From NCBI GenBank assembly GCA_964188305.1, contig OZ076885.1: a stretch of DNA of 64,000 bases. One strand, 5' to 3'. The position numbers were made by a program, and so were the translations under genes. This stretch comes from Podarcis bocagei (Eukaryota). Below, piece by piece: positions 46,594 to 60,467 of the stretch (positions are counted from its first letter, which is position 1; every line of letters starts with the position of its first letter). The notes under the pieces were generated by a model that worked only from the letters and a program-made list of their open reading frames with translations, made no database searches and was not told the origin of the DNA.

Positions 46594-48934
46594 CTGAAAA
46601 AAAATAAATACAGAAAATTAGAAAATGTGTCATGATAATTATCGTTCTGCCCTAAAAATCACCAATCTCCATATATTTCAAAATTAGGGAGGGCAAAACT
46701 CTGAAAAATGAGTTTTCAACATATAATGAAGAACTGCTCTTACTCAAGTTTCTTACAGTTTTTGCCTAACAGCTTGTTAAGCAAAATGATCGTGCATTTT
46801 CATGTTTGATTAGCATGTGCAATTTAACAGAGTAAGAGAAATACATTACCTAGTTTGAGTTCGGGTCCATTTTAAGGCATGACGTGGTGGTACAGAAACA
46901 GAAGGATGGTAAAACGTACAGTCGACTCTGGTACACTGAGTGTTAAACCTGCAATGCTAAGTAAATAACAGGATTGAGAAAAGGCAATGGCAAGGGAGTT
47001 CAGTTTTGCCTGTTTAGTCGAATCCATAGAGTGTACACTACTTGCATATTTCTATTTGAAGTATGACATACCTTTAATACAAGCTTTCAAATATACGACT
47101 TGGGTTATCTTAACATAGGGTGGAAGATTTCTACGGTCGATTGACTACTACAAATCCTAGGACCAGTTCAATAAAATTCACTTGATGAATAGCACCTGAT
47201 GAACATGTGAACTGAGTCAATGTAAAAACATTGTATTTATAAGGTGATATGAAATTCCCATCTGGATTGTTATAGACGGTTCATTCACAGGTGCATATCA
47301 CCACTTGATGCTGCATACATCAAGGAATGAATATGCATACGGCAACCAAATCCTACAATGGAAGGGGAAGTCCATTTTCACTTATTTCCCCCTTTCCTCT
47401 GGTGTCCCCGACCGCTGTCCCTCAAATCTGCTCCAGAGGGTTGGGGGATCCTTTGGACAGCAAGGGACGAAGGGTGGAACAGGAGAAGGGGGACACAATT
47501 GGATTTGACAATAGTTAAAATCTAAAATAAGGTGCGTATAAATTGCAAACTAGGACTACTTCTTGAGTATAACAAGACCTGTGCTTAGCCTTCCTTCCTG
47601 GTTGATGTATATAATGCATGTGTGCATGTATGCACACAGATGTTGTCAAGCGCAGCGTAAGGTACTCTTGAAGGCTGGAAATATTAATAGTGATTATTTA
47701 ACGAGGCTGGGCTAATATTTCATATTCCCTGGGCGCAGAATGAGTTCCACTTAAAGCTTCAGCCCAACTTTTTGAAACTCCCCTGCAGAGGAAATGAAAA
47801 CATGGTACTTACTTTGGGATGGTAGAAAGGGCATTCCATTTTCTTACAAGCAGGGAAGAATCGACATAGTTGGCTGTTAGAAGATGTTGGCGGTGCTGGA
47901 GGTGGAGCTGCAAAACCCATTAATGGAGGAGGGAAGTGACTGATACCAGACACAACAGCGAATGGTTTCACGTGTACTGACAACATTAAAAAAAGACTGC
48001 AATTTCAATTCCTAAAGTTCAACAGCAGGAAATTGTTCCTGGAGGCAAGTGAGACAACCACCTTGCTGCACTAAGATGGTCTGGATCTGGTCAGTGTCTG
48101 GATGGGATCCATTTGCTGCAAATCCCATAAGATTATGACAGACCAGATATAAATATAACGGATAAATAAGCAGTTAAAAACCAAAATTCAGATTGCTTCA
48201 GAAAGACGCAACATTGACAAAAACACATAACCATTTTTCCATCTGTGTTCAAAACACAGCTTTCTGCAAAATTTCATGGTCTGTGAAAGGGGAAAACACA
48301 GCTCAAATCATGTTGTGCCACAAAGTTGTTTCCAAGCTGAAAAGCAGGGGGAGGGGGGAGGAGAAACAGAGATACTGGGAGTCTTGGGTCCTCCAAGGAG
48401 GACAAGGAAGTGGCTAGCCATAACATTTGCTGGAAGCGGCAGCAATGAGCTAGGCAAAGAAGGGGAGCACCTTCCCATCACCCCACAAGCTGCTGTCGGT
48501 CCTTGTGGGACAGGGCTGAGTTCAGACACCTTGGCCTGCCTCCTCTTACATTAAAAAGACAACTTTGTGATGTCTTTTAAATTATCATTCAGCAGCCTGC
48601 GCTGCTGCAACCAAATATTATGAAACATGCATACTGCGGACTGCAATGGTCACAACTACCAACGGTTGCAAGATGATTCTATCTTATACATTCGCCACTG
48701 TTTGCAACGCACTGGTTGGCGGAGCTGTTGGCCTGGCATATTTTGTTTTATGCTTTTTTTGGCGGTGGTGGTAGGGGGAAGGCAGAGCTGTCGAAGAGCA
48801 CTGCAAACTTTTTACGCTGTGGTTTGGCACAGCGGATTTGCTGCTGGACTTTTCTTTTGTCGTTAGCAAATGGCAAGTTTGGTGTGCCGCTGTGCTGCTT
48901 TGTTGCATTTTCAACAATTGTTTCAGCCATCCGG

Positions 48935-48976
<42 letters not shown>

Positions 48977-51900
48977 AGGTCAGAATCAACAACTGACCCA
49001 ATTGATAGCAGAGGCAGGAGGAACCTAAGAAGAGCCCTGCTCCACCAATCAAAGGTCCATCTAGTTCAGTATCTTGTTTCCCAACTTGGCCAATTGGATG
49101 TCTCTGGGAAACCCACAAGCAACCTGCCTTTGGTTTCGCTAGATCAGATTCTGCTGTCACCAGCACATTCTTCCCAGCAAGCCCACATCAAAACCTGGAA
49201 TAGCAATAAATCTTTACCTGGTTTAGGAGGTGGCAGTGGGGTCCGACGACTGGCATGAGTGTAGGGGCAATCTGGCTTGGTGCACTTGGCATCGTATTTA
49301 CAATTTGGATGGATGAACAAGCATTTGTCCGCAAATTTGCAGTTGGGAAAGACTCTGGAATGTGAAAGGGAAAGCTGCTGGGTAAACTTGTTAGAATGCA
49401 TTCACTTTCAAAATAATGTCTATGTTTACACCTCAGTCCTCACCCCTGGCATCAAATACAGTTTTACTTAAATCAAGACACTGGTGCTCTTGGGCTAGAA
49501 TTCTAAAGGAAAACCTCAATTCCGATTTTTCGAAAAACCCTCTGGCTTCAAGTGCTTTCCATGCTCAAATAATAAACGGGCAGAAATCTGGAAGTCAATT
49601 CTAGAGAGTTCAAAGCAACCAAAAAAGTTACATGTGTGCCAAAATCAAGGTCTGCCAAGTTGGTAAGGTCTGGGTTTTTCCAATGAAATCCCCAAACTCT
49701 AAAATGGGCATAAAAAGAGCCAAAATGGATCCCAATGATGTCAGTGGACATACTCAATACTGAACTGAAGGGGGGGGGGGAGGTTAGTTGTCAGACCTCT
49801 AGAGAACTGATCTGATGTTTGTGGATTAAGAACTGGACTGGTGGGGAAAGGGGAATCTCGTCACTGCCACATCATCCTGAGCACTCAGCCCTCTGCAGTG
49901 ACCCCATTTCATTCTATGTTTTGTGGATTTTTTAGATCACAGATGAATTAAATGCTCTGAGAAAGGTCTAAAGAGCTGAATAGTGCTGACATAAATCTGC
50001 TCGAGGGAGCTGCAGAACAATATATGAAGTAGCAATGCATTCTGAAACACTTAAAACAGCTTTTCAGCTCTTCCCCCAAACCTCGCTGTACTATATATAC
50101 CTCACAATATTAATTGTATTCCCTCTTTTCATAAGGATTTGCCTCTATCACAATTCAATATATACTTCTATAGTGTATATTTCTCACAGCTATTTTCTGG
50201 ATGTTGTTAGCCTGCATCCCTCTGGATGTTGTTAGCCAGCATCTCCCATCACCCCTGGCCATGCTGCTTTGAGCTGTAGGGTCCTTCAACTTTAGCCTCG
50301 GTTGGGTACACGAAACCCTGACTACGCTACCCGTTTGGCTACACCTGTTCTACTGTGGTGATGCAAGAAGCCAACCAAATCCACAGCTGTCAGGAAGCAG
50401 AGCTGGAGACCCAAGAGCAGACCCACCTCCCTTCTCTCCCAGAAGCTTTTGTGCAGTGGCCTGCTCAATCAGACCCCATCTAGCCGAGCATCCTGTTTAC
50501 TGCTGTAGTCAGCCAATGGCTTTTGCGAAGCACACAAGCCTGGCAGAAAGGCAATTGCCCTTCCAATATAATCCCTCTACCTAGTCTTCAGAAATGAACC
50601 GACCTGACCCTGGAACTTTGATTAGGCGTTATGACAAATAACCAACGGCAGACCTCTCCTCCTCTTTGCCTCTGTCCAATCCCCTTTTGCCCTTTAAGCT
50701 AGTGGCCATTGCCATAACCCGTGGCACGGAAATTTCATTCCAGTGCAGTGGAGGCTTTTGCTCAGGACTAATACAGAGGAGAAGACAGGGGGAGAAGCTA
50801 ATTTTTGTGAACGCTGTGCCTGAAGACCAGGAGGGCCAACTGCATCAAGAAGCATTTGTACCACTAACTTGCACGGCAATGTGGGGTGATGGAAGGCACA
50901 TTCGTCTCCATTTTTGCAGGCGGGCCAATACTTGCAGCGCTCGGGTACTTTTTCCGCTTTGTGCAGGGCACCAACATCCTCCATCTCCACTGCAGAGAGA
51001 AAGCAAAGAGGCTCCAGTTGATCTCAAGTGGTTTGGCTGTTCAAATTTAAGACCGGTTCCATCACAGGGATTATTTACCCACATCAAAACCATGCAAATT
51101 TGAGACTCTCAAGTGTCAAAATGTGATGGGGCGTGCTATTTATTTAAAATATTCCTGCCCCACCTAGGCCTCCAAGTCAAGAGAAGAAAAATAAACAGAA
51201 TATTTGTTTAAAATAAAAAAACAATAATTATAAGGCACCAGCGATTGAAAAATACAATACACAACCAGCTGCTGTTACACATGTGACATGGGGAAATCGC
51301 TCCTGGCTCATGATTTCATCTCTGGGACAGAAGCATTTCTGTCCTAGGCAACTGTATAGCCTGAGGCTCCTGGCCCAAACAGTAGAGATGATCATAACTG
51401 GCTACCCCCCCAGGATTTAGGAGCCTACTGTTTGCTGCCTCAATCCCAGATGAGCTTTCATTGAGTCAGGAACGCAGGGTTGGCAAAAGTGGTATCCCTT
51501 CAGGTGTTGTTGTGCTCCAACTGTCCTAAGCCTCATCAGGTGCATGGCCAATGGCCAGGGATGATGGCAATATCTGCAGGACCGCAACTCCCCAACCACT
51601 GCCTTAAATGTGGTGCATCCAACCAGGGCCTGTGCTGTTTGCTAATTATGCTTAGACAACGTTGAGGGTGGGGATCAGAGCTGTGTTCTTCCCATTGTGA
51701 GAGGTCTATTAGAAAAGAACCTGCCATGGGAACTTAGCCTGCAGTTCAGTCACTGCATTCCTTCCTGCCTTGTGCTCAGCTCGAGTTGCCCAAAGAAAGC
51801 AATGCAAATAAAGAAGCTTTGCAACGAAGCTAACAAAAGATGCTTATCCACTGGGGATGGACTGTTACCATCGGTGCTCTCCAGCTGTCTGGATATAACG

Positions 51901-53534
51901 TGCATCTGTTGCGCACGAAGGCTTCTTAATCCCTTGTTGGCTGTTGCTTTGGGGGCAACTGGCCTTACTCCTTCCATGAGACTCATTTCCTCCTCCTCTT
52001 GATCAGACAAGTATCCTGGCGGGCTGGGGACTCCGTCCAAGGTGACTATGAACTTGGGACTAGCAGGCTTCTCTGGCTGCACAAGCTGCTCCCTGGGATG
52101 AGAGAGGGGAACCCAGAAGGAACGTCAAAGCTACTGAAACAGAGAGCAGACTAAATGTGTGACAATACAACACCCAATTCATGACAATTTGTGAAAGTTT
52201 TCTGTTGACAAAAGACCAAACTTTGTTGTTGTTTTTAAGGTACATTCTTATCTCTAAACCACTTTCCTTAAACTTCTGATAACTGAGATATGCATTTTTT
52301 CTAAGCTAAAATAGAAAAGATGCTCCCCTCTCAGTTTGTGTAAGGAGAGAACGTAAGATTCCTGATGGATCAGACTAGAGGCCTCTCTAACTGAGCATCA
52401 TCTTTCTCAGTGGCCATCCAGATGCCTCTGGGAGGTCTCCAAGCAGGATATGAGACCCGAAGGATTTCCTGTCCCCAGAGGCAACTGATTGGCTGAGTCT
52501 GTATGAGTCATTGCTCTTCCAATCAGAAGGCCCATCCAGAATTGTGACTCATGCAGGGTCACAGTAAGTAGGCTTCTTGCTACCACAAGGCAGGGTGATG
52601 GTCACCCGTTTAAGATGGTTTTAAGAAGGAATTAGACAAGTTTGTGAAAAATTAAGATTGTCAGTGGCTACTGGTCACAATAGCTGTATTTATGATCAGA
52701 GGCAGCATGCCTCTGGACACCAGTTTCTGAGGAACAAGCAAGAAAGGGCTATTTTCCTACTATCTGATTGCAGCCAATAAGGACATGGCCTGCCCTCAGC
52801 TGCTTTTGTAGGTGGATCCTTTGGGCTCATTCAATCAACTGATTTATTGCAATGTGCTAGCAGTTTGTGAATTATTGGACTAAAGTAGCCCTGTCATTTA
52901 ATGAGCCATTTGAAGGCAGGTAAAAAAAGCCAGGAAGAGGAACTAGGGCAATTCACCATGGCTCTCTTTTTTAGAAAAGGAGTAAACACATCTTCAAAGC
53001 TAAGAGACCTAATTCACACAACCCCTTTGACATTTCCCTATGTATGATGCGACTGAGCACCAAAACACACCACTCATGTAATCAGGTATGCCAGTTGCTG
53101 CAACTAGGTAACTAAGCTTGAGTTTCTTAAGCCTTTTACTGAATTTTTAAGGAACAACTTTTTACCTTGCCTGTATGAGCCGTCCTGAAAGTGCCTGTAA
53201 GGCCTCCGAGGCCCTCTTACCCACTTCCAGATTCTGGGGCACCATTATCTCCTCGGACAGCTTGGGCTTCTTCAAGATAAATGATCTGGTGTCTGTGTGG
53301 ACCATCGATTCCAAGTCATAGTAATCTAAGCCAGAGAAAATGGTAGAAGTGTTCAAATCAGGCTGTCGTAACCCAAGCACGGGGACAAGTGTGAAGCTCT
53401 TTAATGAGGATAAGCAAAGTCACGCAGACTGCCCAGTTGAGCATTAAACTAGCATATTTTCCACTGCAGCAGGAACAGAACTGTACAGGTATCCCCTCAC
53501 TTGCGTGCGACCACATATACACGCGGCACCAGGA

Positions 53535-53569
<35 letters not shown>

Positions 53570-56500
53570 TCTAACCTGAAATGGTGGGAGATCTGGAAAG
53601 TCCTTGTGGCTGGTGAGGAGACCCTCCAAGAGCCCAAATAGGATGCTAGTGAGCCAAAAGTCTAGAAGAAAAGACTCCAAGGGCCCCAAATGGCACACAG
53701 GAGCTCTCACTGCTGCCACACTACCCTGCTCAAGCGCTGTTAGATGGGAAGCTGCACTTACTGCAGTGGGCTCCCCACTAACGCACATTTCACTTATGTG
53801 TGCGAGAGTTTAGAATGTAACCTCAGAGTAAGTGGGGAGTTGCCTGTGCAAGCAGCCACTGAAGTCAAGATGGCACTGCACTAGATAGGCTGCTAATTCA
53901 GTTCATATGCTGTCGTCACTCCTGGCCCAGCGGTCCTTTAATGGATACAAGAGTGGCCGCAAGAAACCACGCTTGCAACCGCTGCAGAACAGAGTGTTAA
54001 ACGTGGCACAGTGCTATGCACATGCATAGTCCTATCCCTGCTGCTAGCTCTGCACCAGGAGAAGCAACTAGTATTGGATGTTAATTGAGCAAGAGTGGCA
54101 TTGGTGGGGAAAGAGAAAAGCAAAAGAGGGAAGCACAGGGTGGATGGCCAACCCGTGCAGGCCATTGCATGACTGCATTAAAAGCATCTCTTAAGTACAT
54201 GGGATGTTGTGTAGAAAGCTATCTAAGATTCATTGCTTGAACAAAGGTGGCTATTATAGTGCAGTCAGAATGAATGCCTTTGACATGACCCATCAGGAAT
54301 TTCCCCCTGTGCAAGTCTCCCTGAAATAAATGGTGCCAGCCCAATAATCCACCTGCTTGATTCCATTTATTTAAACAGGACTTTCCTCAGAGAATCTCCC
54401 AAGAGGGCTTTCAAGGCAAACAGAATGAACGGATGTGTGCTTCGGAACACTCAGTCAAATGAAGGCCTTCAAAAGTACTCCACAGTTTGCTACAATCTGA
54501 AATAAAAGCAATTTAAGCTTCCTCCAACACAAAATTAATGCATCAACGTCGGACATAGTAACACAAAGTCCACTCGGGATTGGCTTTAAAAGCAGGTGAC
54601 AAAATAAGTACCTTCCCATTAGCAAAACACTGAAGGGACTTAAGTTTTTTCAAATAAGATTTGGACTTTAACCTAATAAAAGTTAAATGGCACCGTTTTT
54701 GGCTGTTAGTGGATTTGGGAAGCCTGCTTTCTTTTTCATTAAATAACTACAGCTAACCTTGTGCCTTTTGTAATGCTTCTCCAATGGCGGGTTCAATCTG
54801 GAGACGGGAAAAGAGCTGCCTTTGCTGGGTTCCTAAAATAAATGTGGAATGAAAAAGTATTTTACTGCCTGTGCAACTCAAATTCTTAACAAGTGCTCTC
54901 CCACCCTCCGCAAGGCACAGGATTCTCTTACAATCAGCTTCCACTTATTCCTAGTCATCTGCACAATTGCTAAGAGATTTCTGCCTCCTCTATGGACCTA
55001 TTTGAGCAATACTTTACTCTTGGATTCTACCTAGAGAGACTGGAAGTGGACTTTGGGCTTCCGCACTGCCTCCCTGCTCTGTAGCTGGTTTTATCTCAGA
55101 GTCAACATTACCTTGGATGCCTTTAAAAGGGGATTAAGGCAAATTTAAGATGGATAGATAGGTCCACCCTTGGTTAATTGGATGGCTACCCCATAATGGC
55201 TAATTGGAACATCTCCGTTTAGAGGCAATGAATGCCACTGAATTCCAGTTGCCAGATTGGTAGGAAAAGAGACTTTATGCCCTGCTGGTGGGCTTCACAG
55301 AAGCAGTCCAGTAACAGAAGATGTGGCCCCCCCCCTCATTATAGTGAGGAAATGAAAGAGGAACACACAAGAATCTGAGGCTTATTGGGTTGAGCTTCCT
55401 GTTCAACAGAATTATATGTGCCTGCAGCATAACGCACGTTTTTGGGCTGGAGAACAGAATTAATCTCTCCTTGAGAACAGAGCACTTTCTTCAGTATCAC
55501 CTGGAAGTCTCCCTAATGCTTGCTCCTTTGGCTCCTCTTCCTGTATCTGGGAGTTCCCTCTGGACGGCCGGCTCTGGCCATGTATCACTTCCAGAAAGGT
55601 TTCCTCTTGAGATGTCCGGGTTCTGGGAGCCACAGGAACTGTCTGCTTTGCTGGCACTTTCCACAAAGAAAAAAGAAAAAGCCATCAAAGGCCGATATGC
55701 AAAGAAGAAGTGATTCATCATCACAAAAGTTAATTGCATTCTCTAAAAATCCAGACAAATAGGCCCCAAAAAGCAGCAATTTCTAACCTCATAAAAGTTT
55801 GGCTTTCAGACGGATTTCTGGCACGAAATTAACTCAAGACATTAATTAATAAGCTACCCCTTTATCGCTCCACGAACCTTCTGCTTTTGTCTTTTATACC
55901 AGCTATACTTCTGCTTTCACTTGAATGTGTTGGTTTGGAGAACATTTGTCTCAGTCAAATGTTAGCTGACACACTGGCTAGACAGCCAGCAGAGAAATGA
56001 TAAGCTGTCCGGTTGCACTGATGCTTCCATCTGGCTGCTAATACAGTATCATCATCTAGGGGGCAAGAACATTTGCCAGCACTTCTCACAGTCCTTTCTT
56101 ACTTGAGGGGGAGCCACTGAAGGCCCTTCCTGCCAATGCCAGAAGATTACAGTGGGCTTTAGATTCTCAGCAAGGCTACAATGCTAGAACATTAATGTGT
56201 GGTTTCAGTGCTCCATTTCACGGGTTGTTTTTACTATTGCAATGTAGATTGCTGCAAGCAATCTTGAAAACCTTCTGCTAGGAGAGCTGGAATGTAAATC
56301 CCATCAGCGAAATATAGAAATATTTCAAAGACTTAAGGACCGATCTGCACGTTGAGCTTAAAGTAAGATTTATACCCACTTAACCATCATGGTTTCCCCC
56401 AAAGAATCCTGCTAATTGTACTGAAAATTCTGTGTTGGGTACTTCTAGTTCCCTCACAGCACTACGGATCCCAGTTTTAGCCTGCAATCTGCACTTCCCT

Positions 56501-58713
56501 GGGAATAAGCTTCAATAAACGTGCAAATAGACATGTCTGGGATGGCATTGTTAGTCCAGGGCATAGATAAGGCATAAGGGAGACTGTGGGAGCTTTTCCG
56601 TAACAAGTGGGGCTTCTGTTCACTTGCAACACCATTTGGTGCCAGCTATGCAGCAAACAGCTCACTTGTGAGATGTTCACTTGCAATGAAAACTGACCTG
56701 TGGGGCTGGTGTCTGTAGCGTCAAACCAAAAACCATTTCCAGAGGGGCAGCCATGTTAAGTCTACTGCAGTTAAAACAACAAACAGTGGCACCTTAACAT
56801 GGATGATGGCAGGATTTTTCAGGGACTAAAGTCCACCTCATCAGATGCTCGGTGCATTGCCTGATGTTAAAACTTAAACATATGCAAAATATGCACGGTT
56901 AGCATTCACAACAGATCTTAAGTTCAATCCTTTGTGTCTCGCGCCACTGGAGTCGCTGCCAATCAGGTTTGACAATACAATGGACGAATAGCCTGACACG
57001 ATAGAAGGGAGCGTCCTATGACCCTAACAGCAATAATCGAAGATAAAACAAACATCCTAACTTAGAACACCTGCAGTTATAGTAAGATAGAAAACCATTG
57101 TGACTCATGCCACAGGTGGTGGCAGTGATCTTTTGGATATGTTGCTGTTTAGGTTTATCTTCCTGTGCCTCGATTCACTCGGGCTTACTAAACTGGGCTT
57201 GGAGCTCACGCATCCCTATCAAACTACAGTCACTTACCTGCAGCATAATTTGTTGTCTTTGTAACAGATTCCTGGGCTTCAGAGATAGCCTTCAATATTA
57301 AATTCTTATTGGCCTGTTTGTTAGGCGGCAGCGAAGGCCTGGAGGGATTGAACAAAAAAAGATACAAGGAAATTAATTTGTCATTGTAGAAGAGTGAAGT
57401 ATTGCTAAGCTGTGTTTTCAAAAGCTTGGCTGAAATCCTCATGAGGTGCACAGATGAGAATTTTTGGAGTTATTTGATCATCCGCCACCTTCTGTTGCAT
57501 CCGCCACCTTCTGTGCTACTCTGTGAGCCATGCATCCTATTACTGAAATAGGACTGATTTCTCTTCTCCTGGCATTCATCTCCACACAGAGGGCACCCTT
57601 CAATATTCTGCAATCCCCTACCATACATCCAGTGACTGTAGAAGTCACGCTTCTGCTGTGGCGGCCGCAGAGGCCAATATGGATGCGCTCCTGATCTTCT
57701 GTAGTCCTCTCTGACCTCATTCCCTTTTCTGCAAACATAATGAAATAACTGTTGGATACAACTTTCGGATCCACAGCAAAATACACCTTGAGATCAGCAC
57801 TGGCCTGCAAGGTACTGCCGGGAAAACACTGCAGGGGAGCTAAAGTGGAAGGGAAGTCCCACCTTGGTTGTTGGCCTCGGAGGCAGAGGACACTCTAGTC
57901 AGGACTTTTGAACATGTAGGTCACATGACCTCCTGACACCAGCAGTGTGCCGAGTCAGCAACTGTGGGTTCACACGACCGAGGCATCTCCTACCCATCAG
58001 TTTCTGGTTCAGTTAGCAATTCCTCTCCCCACTTGATCACCCTGCAGCAATGGCAGCAGTTCCCACTAGCGTCATGCTTCCAGGGCTTGCATTTGTTTTC
58101 TCCTCCGTAAGCAATCATTTACTGTAAAAGCCAGGCCTTAATTACAGTGGTACCTCGGGTTAAGAACTTAATTCATTCCGGAGGTCCATTCTTAACCTGA
58201 AACTGTTCTTAACCTGAAGCACCGCTTTAGCTAATGGGGCCTCCTCCTGCTGCCCTGCCGCCAGAGCACGATTTGTGTTCTCATCCTGAAGCAAAGTTCT
58301 TAATCCGAGGCACTATTTCTGGGTTAGCGGAGTCTGTAACCTGAAGCATCTGCAACCCAAGGTACCACTGTAATCAAGCAATACGATGGCAACAAAATTA
58401 CTTCTAATGTATTTTCCTGGGCATATGGCATCATTTGATCTTGCCATGTGGCCCAACACCCAGAAACAACTTAGGCACATCAGGAACTCAGGACAATCTA
58501 TTTTGATGCTTACTTTCTTTGGCCTAATTCAAACCCCACAATTCTTAGGTACCTTCTCTCAGGTTTTGCAGGCACAGAGACGCTGCTGGAGATGCCTCCC
58601 AGACGGAGTCCACAGTCTTCCTCTTCCTCCTCCTCCTCTCCATCGTTGCTGAACCGTTTCACTCGGACTACAGAGCTTACAACTGGGAGTTTTCTCTTCC
58701 TCAAGTTTTCTTC
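46587..58713 (-). CDS. ZC3H14: ZC3H14 (Nab2-like polyadenosine RNA-binding CCCH zinc-finger protein), 3' portion, 11 coding exons
   Basis: Spliced frame: EENLRKRKLPVVSSVV...NKNLILKAISEAQES...PASPKFIVTLDGVPSPPGY...ERCKYWPACKNGDECAFHHP...CKFADKCLFIHPNCKYDAKCTKPDCPYTH...LCRFFPACKKMECPFYHPKHCRFNTQCTRVDCTFYHP...HALKWTRTQTSE*. Five CCCH fingers; phases consistent. Confidence 0.96.
46850..46956 (-). CDS. ZC3H14: ZC3H14 exon (HCRFNTQCTRVDCTFYHP...KWTRTQT)
   Basis: acttag|...TAG|gtaatg; 107 nt. Confidence 0.92.
47813..47907 (-). CDS. ZC3H14: ZC3H14 exon (APPPAPPTSSNSQLCRFFPACKKMECPFYHPK)
   Basis: ttgcag|...AAA|gtaagt; 95 nt. Confidence 0.92.
48938..48975. repeat. (TG)n microsatellite
   Basis: direct reading. 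Confidence 0.95.
49218..49354 (-). CDS. ZC3H14: ZC3H14 exon, CCCH fingers (VFPNCKFADKC...PPPKP)
   Basis: ttccag|...CAG|gtaaag; 137 nt. Confidence 0.93.
50869..50989 (-). CDS. ZC3H14: ZC3H14 exon, first CCCH finger (VEMED...ERCKYWPACKNGDECAFHHPTLPCK)
   Basis: ctgcag|...CAA|gttagt; 121 nt. Confidence 0.92.
51869..52092 (-). CDS. ZC3H14: ZC3H14 exon (EQLVQPEKPASPKFIVTLDG...RQLESTD)
   Basis: tcccag|...GATG|gtaaca; 224 nt. Confidence 0.87.
53166..53325 (-). CDS. ZC3H14: ZC3H14 exon (DYYDLESMVHTDTRSFILKKPKL...IQAR)
   Basis: gcttag|...AAG|gtaaaa; 160 nt. Confidence 0.91.
53535..53569. repeat. (AATC)n microsatellite
   Basis: direct reading. Confidence 0.95.
54758..54832 (-). CDS. ZC3H14: ZC3H14 exon (GTQQRQLFSRLQIEP...KAQ)
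   Basis: ttttag|...AAG|gttagc; 75 nt. Confidence 0.9.
55501..55656 (-). CDS. ZC3H14: ZC3H14 exon (VPAKQTVPVAPRTRTSQEE...GRLP)
   Basis: ggaaag|...CAG|gtgata; 156 nt. Confidence 0.88.
57238..57338 (-). CDS. ZC3H14: ZC3H14 exon (RPSLPPNKQANKNLILKAISEAQES...YAA)
   Basis: ctccag|...CAG|gtaagt; 101 nt. Confidence 0.92.
58145..58370 (-). mobile_element. Tigger/pogo-like MITE family A (inverted)
   Basis: Same TIRs and TA TSD; near-identical to 32497-32722. Confidence 0.9.
58553..58713 (-). CDS. ZC3H14: ZC3H14 exon (EENLRKRKLP...PAKPER)
   Basis: ttgcag|...AAG|gtacct; 161 nt. Confidence 0.9.
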
Positions 58714-59163
58714 CTGCAAGCGATACAATAATTTATTTGATACGTTTTTGTTTGAGAAATTTGTAGCATCCCCTTTAAGGCAGGCATTTCCAGGACAACG
58801 TAACTATCATTGATTTTGCTTTGGAAAAGAAAAAGTGGCTGGTTTTCCCAATGTCCATGCCCAATGTGTTTTCCATGCCTGATGGTGAGTGAAGCCTGTT
58901 AACAGGCAAAAAAAAAAAAAAACCCACACCATGTAACTGAAGTAATCACAATTATACCCCTGCTTGCTCCTTACTCCCTCGGGATTTTTGCTGTGTTGAA
59001 TTTCCTAAACATCATGTACATTTGTTGGTGAATATATAGAGAAAGGTATGGTTATGTGTGTGTAAAACTTTAAACACACACACACACACACATTGGGACA
59101 ACTGGATGGATCAAAAGCATGTACTTAATCTTTGAAGAAACATGATGTTTTCTAAAGTGCAAC

Positions 59164-59164
<1 letters not shown>

Positions 59165-59212
<48 letters not shown>
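59165..59212. repeat. (TAA)n microsatellite
   Basis: direct reading. Confidence 0.95.
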
Positions 59213-59214
<2 letters not shown>

Positions 59215-60163
59215 GTACTTAACAAGCTGTTAAAATTCCAGAAACAAGACTCAGATTCACAGGTACTATGCAGTGTTCAGGCCTTAGTTCCCTTCACCCC
59301 AAGAGTGATTCAGATGATCATATTTGCCCTTGCTGTACCACTCAAAGCCAAAATCTACCACAGCAAGTCCTCGCTTCTTTCTCATCCACCTGCCCCCTCC
59401 AATTTTGCTTCGGAAGGTTGTTTTGGAATCAGAGAGGTGGATGGTTCCCAGTGGATCAATTAGTCGAACTCCCCACGCTATATTTAAAAGCAATGGCAGG
59501 TGTTCAGTTGACTTTTTCTTGGGGAGCTGAGCTCATTTTGTTTTGTTTTGTTCCTCTTCCCGTTACCCCAACCTGTCCCATTTTCAGGATAACCTCAGGA
59601 TCCCACCGCAATAAGAGGTTCTTAGCACAAAGGGGGGGGGTCAGGTTGGGTTTTCAACCTTTATTTATCACATTCACATCCTGCTTTCCCCTCAAGGAGC
59701 TCACAAGAGCAGGTGGGTGGTTTCTCCCATTTTATCCTCACAACAGCTCTGTGAAGGAGGGAAAGCAGAGTGTCAGTCACTACGGTTGCCCAATGAGCTT
59801 CGTAGAATTTCAATCTGAGTCCCCTTTGTTCAAATCCATGACACTTTCATCAGCAACTCATGAAAGGAAGAGCTGGAGGGAAAGAATGCATGCAGGATAC
59901 AGCTTTAAAAGCAAAACACACAAGAACAAAAAAGGGCAATCACCTTCATCAAGGCAGATTGCATTTTAAAAAGAATCCAAATTCTAAAATTATTCACCAA
60001 GAATTATGGATGCTAGGGCAAAATTTGTGCAGATTTATTGGCTGACTTACTGCGAAAGTCAGAGGCAGCGAGGTGGGAAGAGGATAATACAGAGAGGAAG
60101 AGCAGTGAGAGACAGAATGAGTGTTTGTGATTAAGCATGAAGGGGAGACTGGTCAAACACTAG

Positions 60164-60467
60164 AGGCTCATCCACACTAACCTTTTGCCCCACACTTCCT
60201 AGGCACAGATCCAATCTCTAAAGTGCTGTGTCCGAGTGTGTTTTTTTATGTCCTGGCCCTTTTCAGTGAAAACCTGCTTTTTAATGCAGGATCAGAAGAA
60301 ACAGCAATTAGGGCTTTCTGCAGATTACTCTGGTTCAGGGGTAAATAGCTGGTTTGGGCAGGGAAAGTGCCAGGGCAAAAAAAAGAAAAAAAAGGACTTG
60401 GACACAGCACTTTAAAACACAGATGTGTGCCTAGAAACACAGCACAAAAGGATGTCTGGATGAGCCC
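60164..60467. mobile_element. Palindromic MITE, PIF/Harbinger-like
   Basis: GGCTCATCCACAC...GTCTGGATGAGCC termini, long internal inverted arms (CTAGGCACA/TGTGCCTAG; AAAGTGCTGTGTCC/GGACACAGCACTTT), flanked by TAG and TAA. Confidence 0.65.

Noticed and set aside
51706-51722. cag|GTTCTTTTCTAATAG on the - strand, resembling the human GSFSN segment of ZC3H14
   Set aside because: It is not followed by a GT/GC donor; likely coincidence.
59268-59969. 233-aa + strand ORF
   Set aside because: Antisense within a ZC3H14 intron, no recognisable domain, and it runs through SINE-like sequence near 59660-59840.
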